A stretch of 64,000 nucleotides of DNA from an uncultured Rhodospirillaceae bacterium (GTDB taxonomy: Bacteria > Pseudomonadota > Alphaproteobacteria > Rhodospirillales > Defluviicoccaceae), in the NCBI GenBank assembly GCA_964454795.1, contig CAYVUM010000002.1, positions 2,030 to 66,029 on the forward strand, written 5' to 3'. Within the stretch, counting starts at the first letter, position 1, and each line of letters starts with the position of its first letter. The translations under genes and the position numbers were made by a program. This document shows positions 48,143-57,881 of the stretch, one piece after another. The notes under the pieces are model-generated. The model ran no database searches, was not told where the DNA came from, and saw only the letters and a program-made list of their open reading frames with translations.

Positions 48143-48946
48143 TCAGGCCCGCATCGCTGGGGCCTGCTCCGGCCGGGCCGCCTTGCGGAACAGCGTGAAG
48201 AAGTTGTCGGTCGTGGTGGCGGCCAGTTCGGCCACCGTGACTCCGCGGACCCGCGCCACCTCGGCTGCCGTGTAGGCGACGTAGGCCGGCTCATTGCGTT
48301 TCCCCCGCTTCGGCACCGGCGCCAGGTACGGCGAATCGGTCTCCACCAGGATCCGGTCGGCCGGCAGGGCAGCGGCGACGGCGCGGAGCGCGTCGGCCGT
48401 CTTGAAGGTGATGATTCCCGAGAACGAGATCAGCAGCCCCAGCCCGACCGCCCGGTCGGCCAGCCGCTGCGTGGAGCTGAAACAGTGGATCAGGCCCGGA
48501 AACGCACCGTCGGCGTGCTCCTCGGCGAGGATTGCAGCCGTGTCGTCATCCGCCTCCCGGGTGTGGACGATCAGCGGCAGGCCGGTCGCCCGCGCCGCGT
48601 GGATATGGGCACGGAACGACCGCTGCTGTGCCGCCCGCGGGGAGTGCATGTAATGATAATCGAGGCCGGTTTCGCCAAAGCCGACCACCTTGGGATGGTC
48701 GGCCAGTTCGATCAGCCGGTCCGCCGGGGTTTGCGGTTCCGCGCCCGCCTCGTGGGGATGGATGCCGACCGTGCACCAGACCCGATCCCAGCGTTCGGCA
48801 ACGGCGAGGACCTGCTCGAACCGGGTGACGTGGGTGCAGATGGTCAGCATGGTGCCGACCCCGGCGTTGCCGGCGCGGGCCATGACCCCGTCGATCTCGG
48901 CGGCAAGCTCCGGGAAGTCGAGATGACAGTGACTGTCAACCAGCAC
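48143..48946 (-). CDS. TatD-family metal-dependent hydrolase
   Basis: MLVDSHCHLDF...GETGLDYHY...IVHTREADDD...HCFSS...ISFSGIITFK...ETDSPYLAP. Confidence 0.93.
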   Translation of the reverse strand: MLVDSHCHLDFPELAAEIDGVMARAGNAGVGTMLTICTHVTRFEQVLAVAERWDRVWCTVGIHPHEAGAEPQTPADRLIELADHPKVVGFGETGLDYHYMHSPRAAQQRSFRAHIHAARATGLPLIVHTREADDDTAAILAEEHADGAFPGLIHCFSSTQRLADRAVGLGLLISFSGIITFKTADALRAVAAALPADRILVETDSPYLAPVPKRGKRNEPAYVAYTAAEVARVRGVTVAELAATTTDNFFTLFRKAARPEQAPAMRA

Positions 48947-48951
48947 GACGC

Positions 48952-50526
48952 TCAGCCTCGCTTTGCGGGTGAACGGCTTTCAGTCCCCTCGGCAACGTAC
49001 CGCGGAAACACCGGCGCCGGTTCCGGCAAAGCCGTGCCGGCGGTCAGGGCATGGTCCGTATCGAGGGCCGCGAACGTCCGCTGCTCGACCGGGACGGCGA
49101 GCTGATCGAGCAGCCGCGCCGACGCATCCGGGACCAGCGGCTGGGTCAGGATCGCCAGATGGCGGAGGGTCTCGGCGAGCACCCACAGCACCGTGCCCAT
49201 CCGCTCCGGATCGGTCTTGCGCAGCGTCCAAGGCGCCTGGCGGTCCACATAGCCGTTGGCGGCGCGGATGACGACCCAGATCCGCTCAATCCCCTCATGG
49301 AACGCCTGGACGTCAAGGGCTGTGCGGACGGCAGGCAGCAACGCCCCGGCAGCAGCAAGCAGAGCCCGGTCGTCGTCGGCAAGCGGCCCCGGCGCCGGGA
49401 CGGCTCCGTCGCTGTTCCGGGCGACCATCGACAGGACCCGCTGGGCGAGATTGCCGTAGTCGTTGGCCAGTTCCCCGTTAATCCGGCTGACGGCCGATTC
49501 GTGCGAGAAATCGCCGTCGTTGCCGAACGGCACCTCGCGGAGCATGACGTAGCGAACCTGGTCGAGCCCGTACTCGTCGATCAGGTGCAGCGGATCGATG
49601 GCATTGCCGAGGGACTTGGACATCTTCTGGCCCTCAATCGTCCACCAGCCGTGGGCGAACACCCGTTTCGGCGGCTCGAGCCCGGCAGCCATCAGGAACG
49701 CCGGCCAGTACACGGCATGGAAGCGCAGGATGTCCTTGCCGACCATGTGCAGATCGGCCGGCCAATAGCGGGCGAAGTCGCCGGAGGTCTCTGGAAAGCC
49801 GAGAGCGGTGATGTAGTTGGTGAGGGCGTCGAGCCAGACGTACATGACATGCGCCTCGTCGCCCGGCACCGGCACGCCCCACGAAAACGTCGTCCGCGAG
49901 ACCGACAGGTCCTGCAGGCCGCCGCGGACAAAGCTGGTCACTTCGTTGAAGCGGGCTTTCGGCCCGACGAAGGCGGGGTTGGCGGCGTAGAACGCGAGCA
50001 GCCGGTCCTGCCAAGCCGACAGCCGGAAGAAGTAGCTGGGCTCCTCGATCCACTCCACCGGCGCGCCGGAGGGGGCGAGCCGGGTGCCGTCCGCCGCCGT
50101 TGTCAACTCGGCCTCGGCGTAGAACGCCTCGTCCCGGACCGCATACCAGCCGGTATAGCCGCCGAGGTAGATCTCCCCGGCGTCGATCAGGCGCTGCCAG
50201 AGCGCCTGGCAGGCCCGGCGATGCCGGGGTTCTGTGGTGCGGATGAAATCGTCGTTGGTGAACTTCATGGCCACTGTCAGGTCGCGGAAATTCTGCGCCA
50301 CCTGATCGGTGAAGGTCTGCGGCGCCACCCCGGCCGCCGCTGCGGCCTTGTCCACCTTCTGACCGTGTTCGTCTGTGCCGGTCAGAAACCGCACATCGAA
50401 GCCGTCCAGGCGCTTGAACCGCGCCACCACGTCACACGCGAGCGAGGTGTACATGTGACCGATGTGCGGCTTGTCGTTGACGTAGTAGATCGGCGTCGTG
50501 ACGTAGTAGGTGCCGGGCGCAGCCAT
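48952..50526 (-). CDS. metG: methionine--tRNA ligase (short form)
   Basis: YYVTTPIYYVNDKPHIGHMYT is the HIGH motif and KMSKSLGN is the KMSKS motif. The track ORF was trimmed to ATG 50526, giving 524 aa. Confidence 0.96.
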   Translation of the reverse strand: MAAPGTYYVTTPIYYVNDKPHIGHMYTSLACDVVARFKRLDGFDVRFLTGTDEHGQKVDKAAAAAGVAPQTFTDQVAQNFRDLTVAMKFTNDDFIRTTEPRHRRACQALWQRLIDAGEIYLGGYTGWYAVRDEAFYAEAELTTAADGTRLAPSGAPVEWIEEPSYFFRLSAWQDRLLAFYAANPAFVGPKARFNEVTSFVRGGLQDLSVSRTTFSWGVPVPGDEAHVMYVWLDALTNYITALGFPETSGDFARYWPADLHMVGKDILRFHAVYWPAFLMAAGLEPPKRVFAHGWWTIEGQKMSKSLGNAIDPLHLIDEYGLDQVRYVMLREVPFGNDGDFSHESAVSRINGELANDYGNLAQRVLSMVARNSDGAVPAPGPLADDDRALLAAAGALLPAVRTALDVQAFHEGIERIWVVIRAANGYVDRQAPWTLRKTDPERMGTVLWVLAETLRHLAILTQPLVPDASARLLDQLAVPVEQRTFAALDTDHALTAGTALPEPAPVFPRYVAEGTESRSPAKRG

Positions 50527-50558
50527 CGGCTCGGAGATCCTCTGCGGGGCGGCGGCGG

Positions 50559-51653
50559 TTACGCCGGGGTTCGAACGGCAGGGTCCCGGTACCTGCGGAC
50601 GGCTTCGCGAAGCTCCAGCAGCAGGGTCAGAAACACCTGCCGCCGGTCCAGATTGGCACTCTCCGTCCGCGCCAGGAGGCCGCGGCTCTTGTCCCACAGC
50701 TCCAGCCACCGATCAAGGCCGACCCGGCCATGGGGCGGCGAAGCGGTCGCTCCGGTTGCCGTTTCCGCGGATCGCGCGGCGCCGGCCGCGATTCGGATCC
50801 GCTCGGCAAGCCGGTCCGTGAGGTGATCGGCGGCGAGCCGGAACAGACCCTCCGCCCCGGACTTGCCAACCCGGTCGGCAAGCCCGAACAGCGCGGCCGG
50901 ATCCGCCTCGGCGAGGCCGCTCAGCACATCATCGATCTCCGCCAGCACCGCCGCGCCGCCGCTCGCGGCCAGGGTCAACGCCCGGCCGGCACTGCCTCCG
51001 GCCAGCCGGACCACCTCAGTCCGGCCCGCAACGTGGTCCAGTGATGCATACCGGGCGAGCAGCGTGTTCACATCGGCATCGGCGAGCGGGCGCAGTGGCA
51101 ACTGCCGGCACCGCGACCGCACCGTCGGCAGCAACCGGCCGGGCCGGTGACAGACCAGCATCAGCACCGTCCGCGCCGGCGGTTCTTCCAGGACCTTGAG
51201 CAGCGCATTCTGGGCGTTGAGGTTCATCTCGTCGGCCGGATCGATGATCACCGCCCGCCAGCCGCCTTCGGCTGCGGTACGGCCAAGCCGCTCGCGGAGT
51301 GCCCGGACCTGCTCGACAACGATCTCGCCGCGCAGCCTGCCGGTGTTCTCGTTCACCGCGCGCTCGATGGTGATCAGGTCGAGATGGCCGCCGCTGGCGA
51401 CCCGCCGGAACACCGGGTGGTCCGGATCAATCCCCAGTCCCGCCCCCGACGCCAGTGCACCTTCGCCGCCGGCAAGGACGAAACGGGCGAACCGGAAGGC
51501 CAGCGTCGCCTTGCCGATGCCGGCCGGGCCGGTGACCAGCCAGCCGTGGGCGAGCCGGTCGCGCTCCCAGGCGTGGCGGAGGGCGATCTCGGCCTCACGA
51601 TGTCCGAGCAAATCGGGATTGGCGCGGGGCGGCGGCGGGGTCACTTCGCTCAC
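50559..51653 (-). CDS. holB: DNA polymerase III subunit delta'
   Basis: HAWLVTGPAGIGKATLAFRFARFVL...AVIIDPADEMNLNAQNALLKVLEEPP...SRCRQL. Confidence 0.9.
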   Translation of the reverse strand: MSEVTPPPPRANPDLLGHREAEIALRHAWERDRLAHGWLVTGPAGIGKATLAFRFARFVLAGGEGALASGAGLGIDPDHPVFRRVASGGHLDLITIERAVNENTGRLRGEIVVEQVRALRERLGRTAAEGGWRAVIIDPADEMNLNAQNALLKVLEEPPARTVLMLVCHRPGRLLPTVRSRCRQLPLRPLADADVNTLLARYASLDHVAGRTEVVRLAGGSAGRALTLAASGGAAVLAEIDDVLSGLAEADPAALFGLADRVGKSGAEGLFRLAADHLTDRLAERIRIAAGAARSAETATGATASPPHGRVGLDRWLELWDKSRGLLARTESANLDRRQVFLTLLLELREAVRRYRDPAVRTPA

Positions 51654-52279
51654 AAGGCAACTCCCAGACGCTCCGCGACCACAGCACAGGCGCGGAGGGC
51701 GACCGCCGCCTCGGCCCCGTCGCCAGCGACGACGGCGCAGCGATCCGGTTCCCGGCGGGCGATCTCGAGAAAGCCCGCGCGCACCCGCTCATGGAAGGCC
51801 GGATCCAGGCGCTCGTAGCGATCGCCGTCGGGAGAGCGGGCGCGGGCGCGGGCCAGCCCGGCGGTGACGTCGAGATCGAAGATGAGCGTCAGGTCGGGCC
51901 GGATGTCGGGAACCACCAGGGCGTGCAGTCCGGCGATCAACTCCCGGCCGAGTCCGTGGCCGTATCCCTGGTACGCCATCGTTGAATCGGCGAACCGGTC
52001 CGAGACCACCCACGCGCCGGCCGCCAGCGCCGGCAGCACCGTCGCATCCAGATGTTCGCGGCGGGCGGCGTAGTGGAGCAGGGCCTCCGAAAGCGGCGAG
52101 AGGGCCGTCTCCCCGGTCAGCACCACGGTGCGGATCGCCTCGGCGGCCGGGGCACCACCCGGCTCGCGGGTCAGCCGGGTCGGGTAGCCGCCCGCGGTCA
52201 ACGCGTCGGCGAGCCGTCGCGCCTGGGTCGACTTGCCAGCCCCCTCGATCCCCTCGACGGTGATGAAGCGCCCGCGCGT
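51650..52279 (-). CDS. tmk: thymidylate kinase (5' end unresolved: no canonical start upstream of the P-loop)
   Basis: In-frame upstream of the track ORF (TTG 52201) the reading frame continues as RGRFITVEGIEGAGKSTQARRLADAL, which carries the essential P-loop. The coordinate 52279 is the ACG codon occupying the position where homologs have Met (T-RGRFITVEG). See the finding on tmk. Confidence 0.8.
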   Translation of the reverse strand, partial: TRGRFITVEGIEGAGKSTQARRLADALTAGGYPTRLTREPGGAPAAEAIRTVVLTGETALSPLSEALLHYAARREHLDATVLPALAAGAWVVSDRFADSTMAYQGYGHGLGRELIAGLHALVVPDIRPDLTLIFDLDVTAGLARARARSPDGDRYERLDPAFHERVRAGFLEIARREPDRCAVVAGDGAEAAVALRACAVVAERLGVAL

Positions 52280-52301
52280 TCCGGACGTGGCCCGTCTCCC
52301 C

Positions 52302-53507
52302 TCACTGCAACTGGTGCATGACTAGGTGCTCGACGACGGCGAACAGCCGGCCGAGGACTCCCAGCTTCTCGACGTCGGCGCCGGCGACCAGTGGGAACCG
52401 CATCGGCTCCACGCCTTCCGCACTCACCTCCAGGGTAGCGATGGCAGCACCGCGGGCGATCGGCGCGGGCACGGGGCCGTCGTAGCGCACCACCGCTGCC
52501 ATGCTGTCGCGGGCGTCGCGCGGCAGGGTGACAACCAAGTCGGTCTCCGAGGTCAGCGGGACCGTGTCGGTCGCACCGAGCCAGACGTCGGCCTCCTCCA
52601 GCGTCGCACCGGCGGCCAGCAGGGTGTAGTTCTCGAACTCCCGGAACCCCCAGGCCATCAGGCGTTCGGCCTCGGCGGTCCGCTGGCGGATGCTCTCCAG
52701 GCCATTGATCACCAGAACCAGCCGCCGGCCGTCCTGCACCGCCGAGGCGGTCAGGCCATAGCCGGAAGCCTCGGTGTGCCCGGTTTTCAGCCCGTCGGCG
52801 CCGATGTTTTTGTACAGCAGCGGGTTGCGGTTGCCCTGGCGGATGCCGTTGTGGGTGTATTCGGTCTCCGCATAATAGTGGTAGTAGGCAGGGAATCGCC
52901 TGATTGTCTCGATCGCCAGGGTCGCGAGGTCACGGGCCGTGGTCAGATGCCCTGGATCAGGAAGGCCGGCGGCATTGGTAAAGGTTGTGCTGGTCAGGCC
53001 GATGTCCCTGCCGACCCGGGTCATGTCGCGCGCGAACGCCTCTTCGCTGCCCGACAGGCCCTCAGCCAGGACGATCGAGGCATCGTTGCCGGACTGAACG
53101 ATGATGCCGCGAAGCAACTCCTCGACCGTGACCTCTGAGCCGACGTCGAGAAACATCGTCGAACCGCCGCTGGCGGCACCGCCCTTGCGCCAGGCGTTCT
53201 CGCTGACCGTAAAGGTGTCGTCCAGGGCGAGGCGGCCTTCGCTCAGCGCTTGGAAGGCCATGAACACAGTCATCACCTTGCTCATCGACGCCGGCGGCAT
53301 GGGCTCATCGGCGTTCTTCGCGAACAGGGTAACGCCGGTGGTGGCATCGACGAGCAGCGCCTGCGGCGCTGCGGACTCGAAGGCTGTGAGCGGGCGCGCC
53401 GCAGCGACCTGAAGGGCTGCCAGGGCGAGAATCGCACAGGCCACCCGAAAGGACCACGGCGGACGGGCAGGTCCGATTCGCGGCGATGACGGCTGCCAGT
53501 TCATCAT
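52302..53507 (-). CDS. D-alanyl-D-alanine carboxypeptidase (PBP5/6, S11 family)
   Basis: Signal peptide, then PPASMSKVMT (SxxK), SGND (SxN) and LKTGHT (KTG), followed by the C-terminal PBP5_C beta domain. Confidence 0.92.
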   Translation of the reverse strand: MMNWQPSSPRIGPARPPWSFRVACAILALAALQVAAARPLTAFESAAPQALLVDATTGVTLFAKNADEPMPPASMSKVMTVFMAFQALSEGRLALDDTFTVSENAWRKGGAASGGSTMFLDVGSEVTVEELLRGIIVQSGNDASIVLAEGLSGSEEAFARDMTRVGRDIGLTSTTFTNAAGLPDPGHLTTARDLATLAIETIRRFPAYYHYYAETEYTHNGIRQGNRNPLLYKNIGADGLKTGHTEASGYGLTASAVQDGRRLVLVINGLESIRQRTAEAERLMAWGFREFENYTLLAAGATLEEADVWLGATDTVPLTSETDLVVTLPRDARDSMAAVVRYDGPVPAPIARGAAIATLEVSAEGVEPMRFPLVAGADVEKLGVLGRLFAVVEHLVMHQLQ

Positions 53508-53578
53508 CTGCGTTCGCTCCCCTCAATTCCTACCGGCACCCGACCGGACACGACCCGCAGCGGATGCCTGACTGATCT

Positions 53579-54403
53579 TCAGTCGACGATAACCCGCGAG
53601 GCGGGAAAGCCGGCATCGCTTGCGGCCATCCGCAGCCGCTCGGCCTCGTCCACCGACGACACCGGACCGAGCCGCACCCGAAAGACCTCACCCTGCTCAA
53701 TCACCACCGGGGAAACCTGGACCGGGCCGAGATCACGCAGCCGGCCGCTGACCTCCAGGGCGTTATGATAGCGCGCGAAGGCGCCGGCCTGCACGTACAC
53801 CGCGCCCGTTCCGCCGCGGCGGACTGTGGGCTCCGTCCGCGCCGCTGGCGCAGTTGGGACCGGCGCTGCCGGCGACGGCGCAGCGGCTGCGGTCTCCAGG
53901 GGCTGGTCGGCGAGCACCTGAACCCGAACCCGGGCAACCCCGGCGTGACGGAAACCCAGCACCTCGGCAGCCCGGCGCGAGACGTCGATGATCCGGCCAT
54001 GGGCGAACGGCCCACGATCATTGATGCGCAGATCGACGCTGCGGCCGTTTTCAAGGTTGGTCACCCGCACCATTGTCGGCATCGGCAAGGTGGTGTGCGC
54101 CGCGGTCATCGCGTGCATGTCGAACCGCTCACCGTTGGCGGTGCGGCGACTGTGGAACTTCCGGCCATACCAGGAGGCAACACCGACCTGGTCATAGGTC
54201 GGATCGACCCGCGGCTCATAGTCGACGCCGTTGATCCGGTAGGGCTTACCCACCTTGTAGCCAGGCGGCGGGGGAGACGCCGAAGGCGCCCGTTCGACCG
54301 GGCGGGTCTCGGCACAAGCCGCGAGAAGCAGCAGAGTCGCCAGGGTCAGCCAGAGGCTGCTCGGCATCCGCGCGGCCGCTGTCTGTCCGAAACGGGCGGT
54401 CAT
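53579..54403 (-). CDS. rlpA: septal-ring lytic transglycosylase RlpA-family lipoprotein (DPBB plus SPOR)
   Basis: LLLLAAC is a lipobox. GVASWYGRKFHSRRTANGERFDM...VRVTNLENGRSVDLRINDRGPF is the DPBB domain. The C-terminal SPOR domain is VYVQAGAF...FRVRLGP. The ATG 54403 overlaps the upstream stop (ATGA). Confidence 0.9.
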   Translation of the reverse strand: MTARFGQTAAARMPSSLWLTLATLLLLAACAETRPVERAPSASPPPPGYKVGKPYRINGVDYEPRVDPTYDQVGVASWYGRKFHSRRTANGERFDMHAMTAAHTTLPMPTMVRVTNLENGRSVDLRINDRGPFAHGRIIDVSRRAAEVLGFRHAGVARVRVQVLADQPLETAAAAPSPAAPVPTAPAARTEPTVRRGGTGAVYVQAGAFARYHNALEVSGRLRDLGPVQVSPVVIEQGEVFRVRLGPVSSVDEAERLRMAASDAGFPASRVIVD

Positions 54404-55641
54404 CTGGGTGGCCCCTGCTGCAGGCGCCGCAGAACGACGATGCTTGGATGACCGTCTGCAGGCAGGCCGTGGCGCTGCTGAAATCCGCGGATCGCTGCCC
54501 GGGTCTTCGAGCCGACGACGCCGTCGATACCACCGGTATCGTAACCGTAGCTGGCCAGCAGCCGCTGCAGTTCCCGGACCTGGGCCTGGGAAAGCGCCAC
54601 CTCGTTGGCCGGGGCGGGCGTTACCAGCGGACCGCTGCCCGCCAGACGGTCGGCCAGATGGCCGACGGCGACGGCATACAACTCCGAGCGGTTCCAGGCG
54701 AGAATCACCTGAAAGTTCTTGTAGGCGAGAAACGCGGGACCGCCACTCGCGCCGCCGGGCAGAACCACGGCCGCAGAGATCGCCGCCTCCGGAAGCGGGC
54801 CACCGCGGGCGTCCCGCACCCCGAGCGCTGCCCATTCGGCGACCGGACGACGGCGCTCGAGCCCGGTGCGGGCGTAGTCGAAGCCGGCCGGCAGCATCAC
54901 TTCCCGACCCCAGCGCTCATCGGCCTGCCAGCCCGAGGCCGCCAGGTAGTTGGCGGCAGAGGCAAAAATATCAGGGAGGCTCCGCCAAAGGTCACGGCGG
55001 CCGTCGCCATCGAAATCCACGGCGTAGCTCTCATAGGTGGTCGGGATGAACTGGGGCTGGCCCATCGCCCCTGCCCACGAGGACCGTGCATCGAGGGGAA
55101 TGTCGCCCCGCCCCGCGCCCCGCAGGGCAGCCAGCAATTGCGCACGGAAAAACCCGCCGCGGCGGGGATCGTACGCCAGGGTGGCGACCGCCTCGAACAG
55201 CCGGAAATCCCCGGTATAGCTGCCGTAATTGCTCTCCAAACCCCAGAGCGCCACCAGCACCGCCGCGGGGACGCCGTATCGCCGTTCCACCTGCTCAAGC
55301 AGGGCGCGGTGCTCCACAAGCAGGGCACGGCCGCGGGAAATCCGCTCGTCGGTGACCCGGCGCTCGAGATAGCGCCAGAAGGTCTGGGTGAACTCCGGCT
55401 GCCTGCGGTCGAGTTCGATGATCCGGGGATTGCGGCGAACGCCGGCGAGCGCCTGCTGCACCACCTCTGCATCGACGCCGCCAGCGACGGCTTGGCGGCG
55501 GATGCCGTCCAGGAACGCCTCGAAGCTTTCGGCGCGGGCGGACGACGGGGTGACCACCAGGCCCACCGCCAGAGCCAGCATGATCGCCGCAACACCGATC
55601 GCCAGCCGCCTCGCCGCCACCTCTGAACTTCGGAGCCTCAT
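54400..55641 (-). CDS. lytic murein transglycosylase (MltB-like) with C-terminal PG-binding domain
   Basis: YGVPAAVLVALWGLESNYG (catalytic Glu)...GAMGQPQFIPTTY...DGDGRRDLW. The C-terminal LQRLLASYGYDTGGIDGVVGSKTRAAIRGFQ is a PG_binding_1 domain. The track ORF was trimmed to ATG 55641. Confidence 0.9.
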   Translation of the reverse strand: MRLRSSEVAARRLAIGVAAIMLALAVGLVVTPSSARAESFEAFLDGIRRQAVAGGVDAEVVQQALAGVRRNPRIIELDRRQPEFTQTFWRYLERRVTDERISRGRALLVEHRALLEQVERRYGVPAAVLVALWGLESNYGSYTGDFRLFEAVATLAYDPRRGGFFRAQLLAALRGAGRGDIPLDARSSWAGAMGQPQFIPTTYESYAVDFDGDGRRDLWRSLPDIFASAANYLAASGWQADERWGREVMLPAGFDYARTGLERRRPVAEWAALGVRDARGGPLPEAAISAAVVLPGGASGGPAFLAYKNFQVILAWNRSELYAVAVGHLADRLAGSGPLVTPAPANEVALSQAQVRELQRLLASYGYDTGGIDGVVGSKTRAAIRGFQQRHGLPADGHPSIVVLRRLQQGPPR

Positions 55642-56498
55642 GGTTTGCCAGTGCGCGATTCGCGAGCCGTTGTCAACCGGCCCGGTTCGCCGCCACGCGG
55701 CCCGGGAAACGGCGTTTCCACATAGTCGTTCAGCCAGTAGGCAAGCAGACCGACCCATTCGTGAATCGCCAGAGCCAGGAGATCGAGGCCGCCGGCGACG
55801 GCGAACCCGGGCGGCCACCAGGAGAGCATCCCGTCACTGCGATAATCCACGGGAAACGGAATCACTGGCAGGCCGACGCGCCGGAAGCAGCCCACCGACC
55901 GCGGCATGTGATAGGCCGAGGTGACCAGGACCCAGGCGCCTTCCGGCGCCTCGCCGGCCTCGGTGAGCATCTGCGCCACGTACAACGCGTTCTCGTAGGT
56001 GTTGCGCGACGCGGCCTCGGTCTCAACGCGATCCGGCGGCAGCCCGGCCTGACGGAAGACGGTGCGGGCGAACTCCGCTTCGGTCAGGCCGACCCGGGTC
56101 AGCGAGGCATCGCCGCCGGTGAAGATCAGCCGGGCGCCCGGGTAGCGGTGGGCGAGGCCGGCCCCTTCGGTCATCCGCTCGGCGCTCGCCTTGAGCGCAA
56201 CCTGCCCGCGGCTCGCCGACAGGTGTGGGCCGATCGCACCGCCGAGAACAATGATCCCGTCGATACGCTCCGGCAGCGGGCGGGCCTGGGGAAAACGGTT
56301 CTCGAGGAGACGCAACGACCACTCCGGCAGTGGCGTCGCCGCCACGAGGATGACGAACAGCGCCGAGAACAGGGTCACCGCGACGCCGAGGCGCCGCCAC
56401 GGGGACAGCAACAGCAGGGCGGCCGCACAGACGGCGAGGCCGAGGAAATTGTGCGGGGTCAGCAGCCAACCGGCCAGCCGTGAAGCGAGAAAGAACAT
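55638..56498 (-). CDS. YdcF/DUF218 family (ElyC-like) membrane protein
   Basis: N-terminal TM helices, then IDGIIVLGG...IFTGGD...SRNTYENA...VLVTSAYHMPRS. Its stop overlaps the next start (ATGA). Confidence 0.85.
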   Translation of the reverse strand: MFFLASRLAGWLLTPHNFLGLAVCAAALLLLSPWRRLGVAVTLFSALFVILVAATPLPEWSLRLLENRFPQARPLPERIDGIIVLGGAIGPHLSASRGQVALKASAERMTEGAGLAHRYPGARLIFTGGDASLTRVGLTEAEFARTVFRQAGLPPDRVETEAASRNTYENALYVAQMLTEAGEAPEGAWVLVTSAYHMPRSVGCFRRVGLPVIPFPVDYRSDGMLSWWPPGFAVAGGLDLLALAIHEWVGLLAYWLNDYVETPFPGPRGGEPGRLTTARESRTGKP

Positions 56499-56741
56499 GG
56501 GGCGGACCTTGCCCTGCGCCGGCTCGGGAGTGCAACGTCCAAAGATCCACCTGAAGCCCTGGCTGCGATCTTGGCGGCGACCTGACTGTCGTCTGCTCGA
56601 AACAATTTCAGAAGAAAAAACGTTGACATTCTTCGGCGTTAACGCAGCACTTGGCTGTTGATTTCCAACCAGCGGTGCGCCAAAGTGAATGCACGAGCCA
56701 ACGCTGCAAGGTTATTCGCCCGCCGAAGTCTTGATGTAAAC

Positions 56742-57002
56742 ATGTCAAAAGAAGGAAAAACGCCCGTGCTGATGGACCGTACACTGGATCAACCATGGCT
56801 CATCCCCCCCCGGTCAGCAGAAACCAGAAATTCCCGGTGGGTCGGCGAGCCCCGCCTGGTTGATCTGCTTGCTGATCCGGTCCTGCGTGCGCTGATGAGT
56901 CGCGACCGGGTTGATGTGGACGACCTGCTCGGGCTGGCCCGCGGTCTTCAGGCCCGGTTCACTGACATTCAGGGTCAGCCGGTCGCGGCCGCCGGGCTGT
57001 GA
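56742..57002 (+). CDS. hypothetical small protein (86 aa), weak call
   Basis: ATG 56742 follows an AT-rich stretch. The C-terminal half looks helical and real (PRLVDLLADPVLRALMSRDRVDVDDLLGLARGLQARF), but third-position GC is lower than in neighbouring genes and I recognise no family. Confidence 0.4.
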   Translation: MSKEGKTPVLMDRTLDQPWLIPPRSAETRNSRWVGEPRLVDLLADPVLRALMSRDRVDVDDLLGLARGLQARFTDIQGQPVAAAGL

Positions 57003-57015
57003 CATCGGCCGGTGT

Positions 57016-57684
57016 TCACATTGCGGTTTCAAGCAGAGCGAAGCGGACCGGCAGCGTCGGCGTGGTGCGGATCCGGCCATCCTCACCCTTCTCGACCAGG
57101 GTAAGACTCTGCGATTCCGGCAGGCCGGTCGGCACCACCATCCGCCCGCCCGGCTTCAGTTGGCCGAGCAGGTTGGCCGGAACAAGGTCGCTGGCTGCGC
57201 AGACCAGGATACGGTCAAACGGTGCGTTCTCGGGCCAGCCATATTCGCCGTTGCCGATCCGGACGTCGACGTTGCGATAGCCGAGGCGGGCAAGCCGTTC
57301 CCGGGCCTCCTGACCCAGTTCCTCGACAATCTCCACCGAAAACACCTGATCGGCGAGGTTCGAGAGGATCGCCGCGTGGTATCCGAGGCCGGTGCCGACC
57401 TCAAGCACCCGGTGCGATCGCTCGACCTCAAGCAGATCGGTCATCAGGGCAACGATAAACGGCTGCGAGATCGTCTTGTCCCAGCCGATCGGCAACGGCT
57501 GGTCGGCATAGGCATAGGGGGTCAGTTCCACGGGGACGAACTCGTGACGGGGCACCCGCCCCATGACTTCCATAATTCGCGGGCTCAGCTCGGCTTTGCC
57601 GATCTGTTCGCGCGCGTAATGGGCGTGCGCGGCGATGGCATGCGCCATCTGTTCCAGCATCAGCGCCAAAAGATTGTCGGTCAT
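57016..57684 (-). CDS. pcm: protein-L-isoaspartate O-methyltransferase
   Basis: VPRHEFVP...ISQPFIVALMTDLL...VLEVGTGLGYHAAIL...ILVCAA...LKPGGRMVVP. The track ORF was trimmed to ATG 57684. Confidence 0.93.
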   Translation of the reverse strand: MTDNLLALMLEQMAHAIAAHAHYAREQIGKAELSPRIMEVMGRVPRHEFVPVELTPYAYADQPLPIGWDKTISQPFIVALMTDLLEVERSHRVLEVGTGLGYHAAILSNLADQVFSVEIVEELGQEARERLARLGYRNVDVRIGNGEYGWPENAPFDRILVCAASDLVPANLLGQLKPGGRMVVPTGLPESQSLTLVEKGEDGRIRTTPTLPVRFALLETAM

Positions 57685-57881
57685 GGGCCGGGACTCCTTC
57701 GTCGTACCGTCCGCTGGCGCACAGGGGCATCCGTCTGCCGCGGACAAGACCATAAAACAGAACGGGAGCGAGGCAAATCGCCTTCACGGGGCGCCCGGCC
57801 GCGCAGCGTTTGAGGCGCATCGCCGCGCAGCGGGGCGGATCGTCGCAGGATCGCCGGGAGACGGTGAACGGAGCCGGCGGA

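Noticed and set aside
56608-56796. 62-aa minus-strand ORF, and a possible minus-strand terminator (cgttaac-N10-gtcaacg followed by T6; plus-strand coordinates about 56614-56645)
   Set aside because: The ORF's translation is not protein-like. The hairpin is AT-rich with a mismatch and lies 370 nt beyond the pcm stop. I could not support either as a feature, although the T-run is unusual for this genome.
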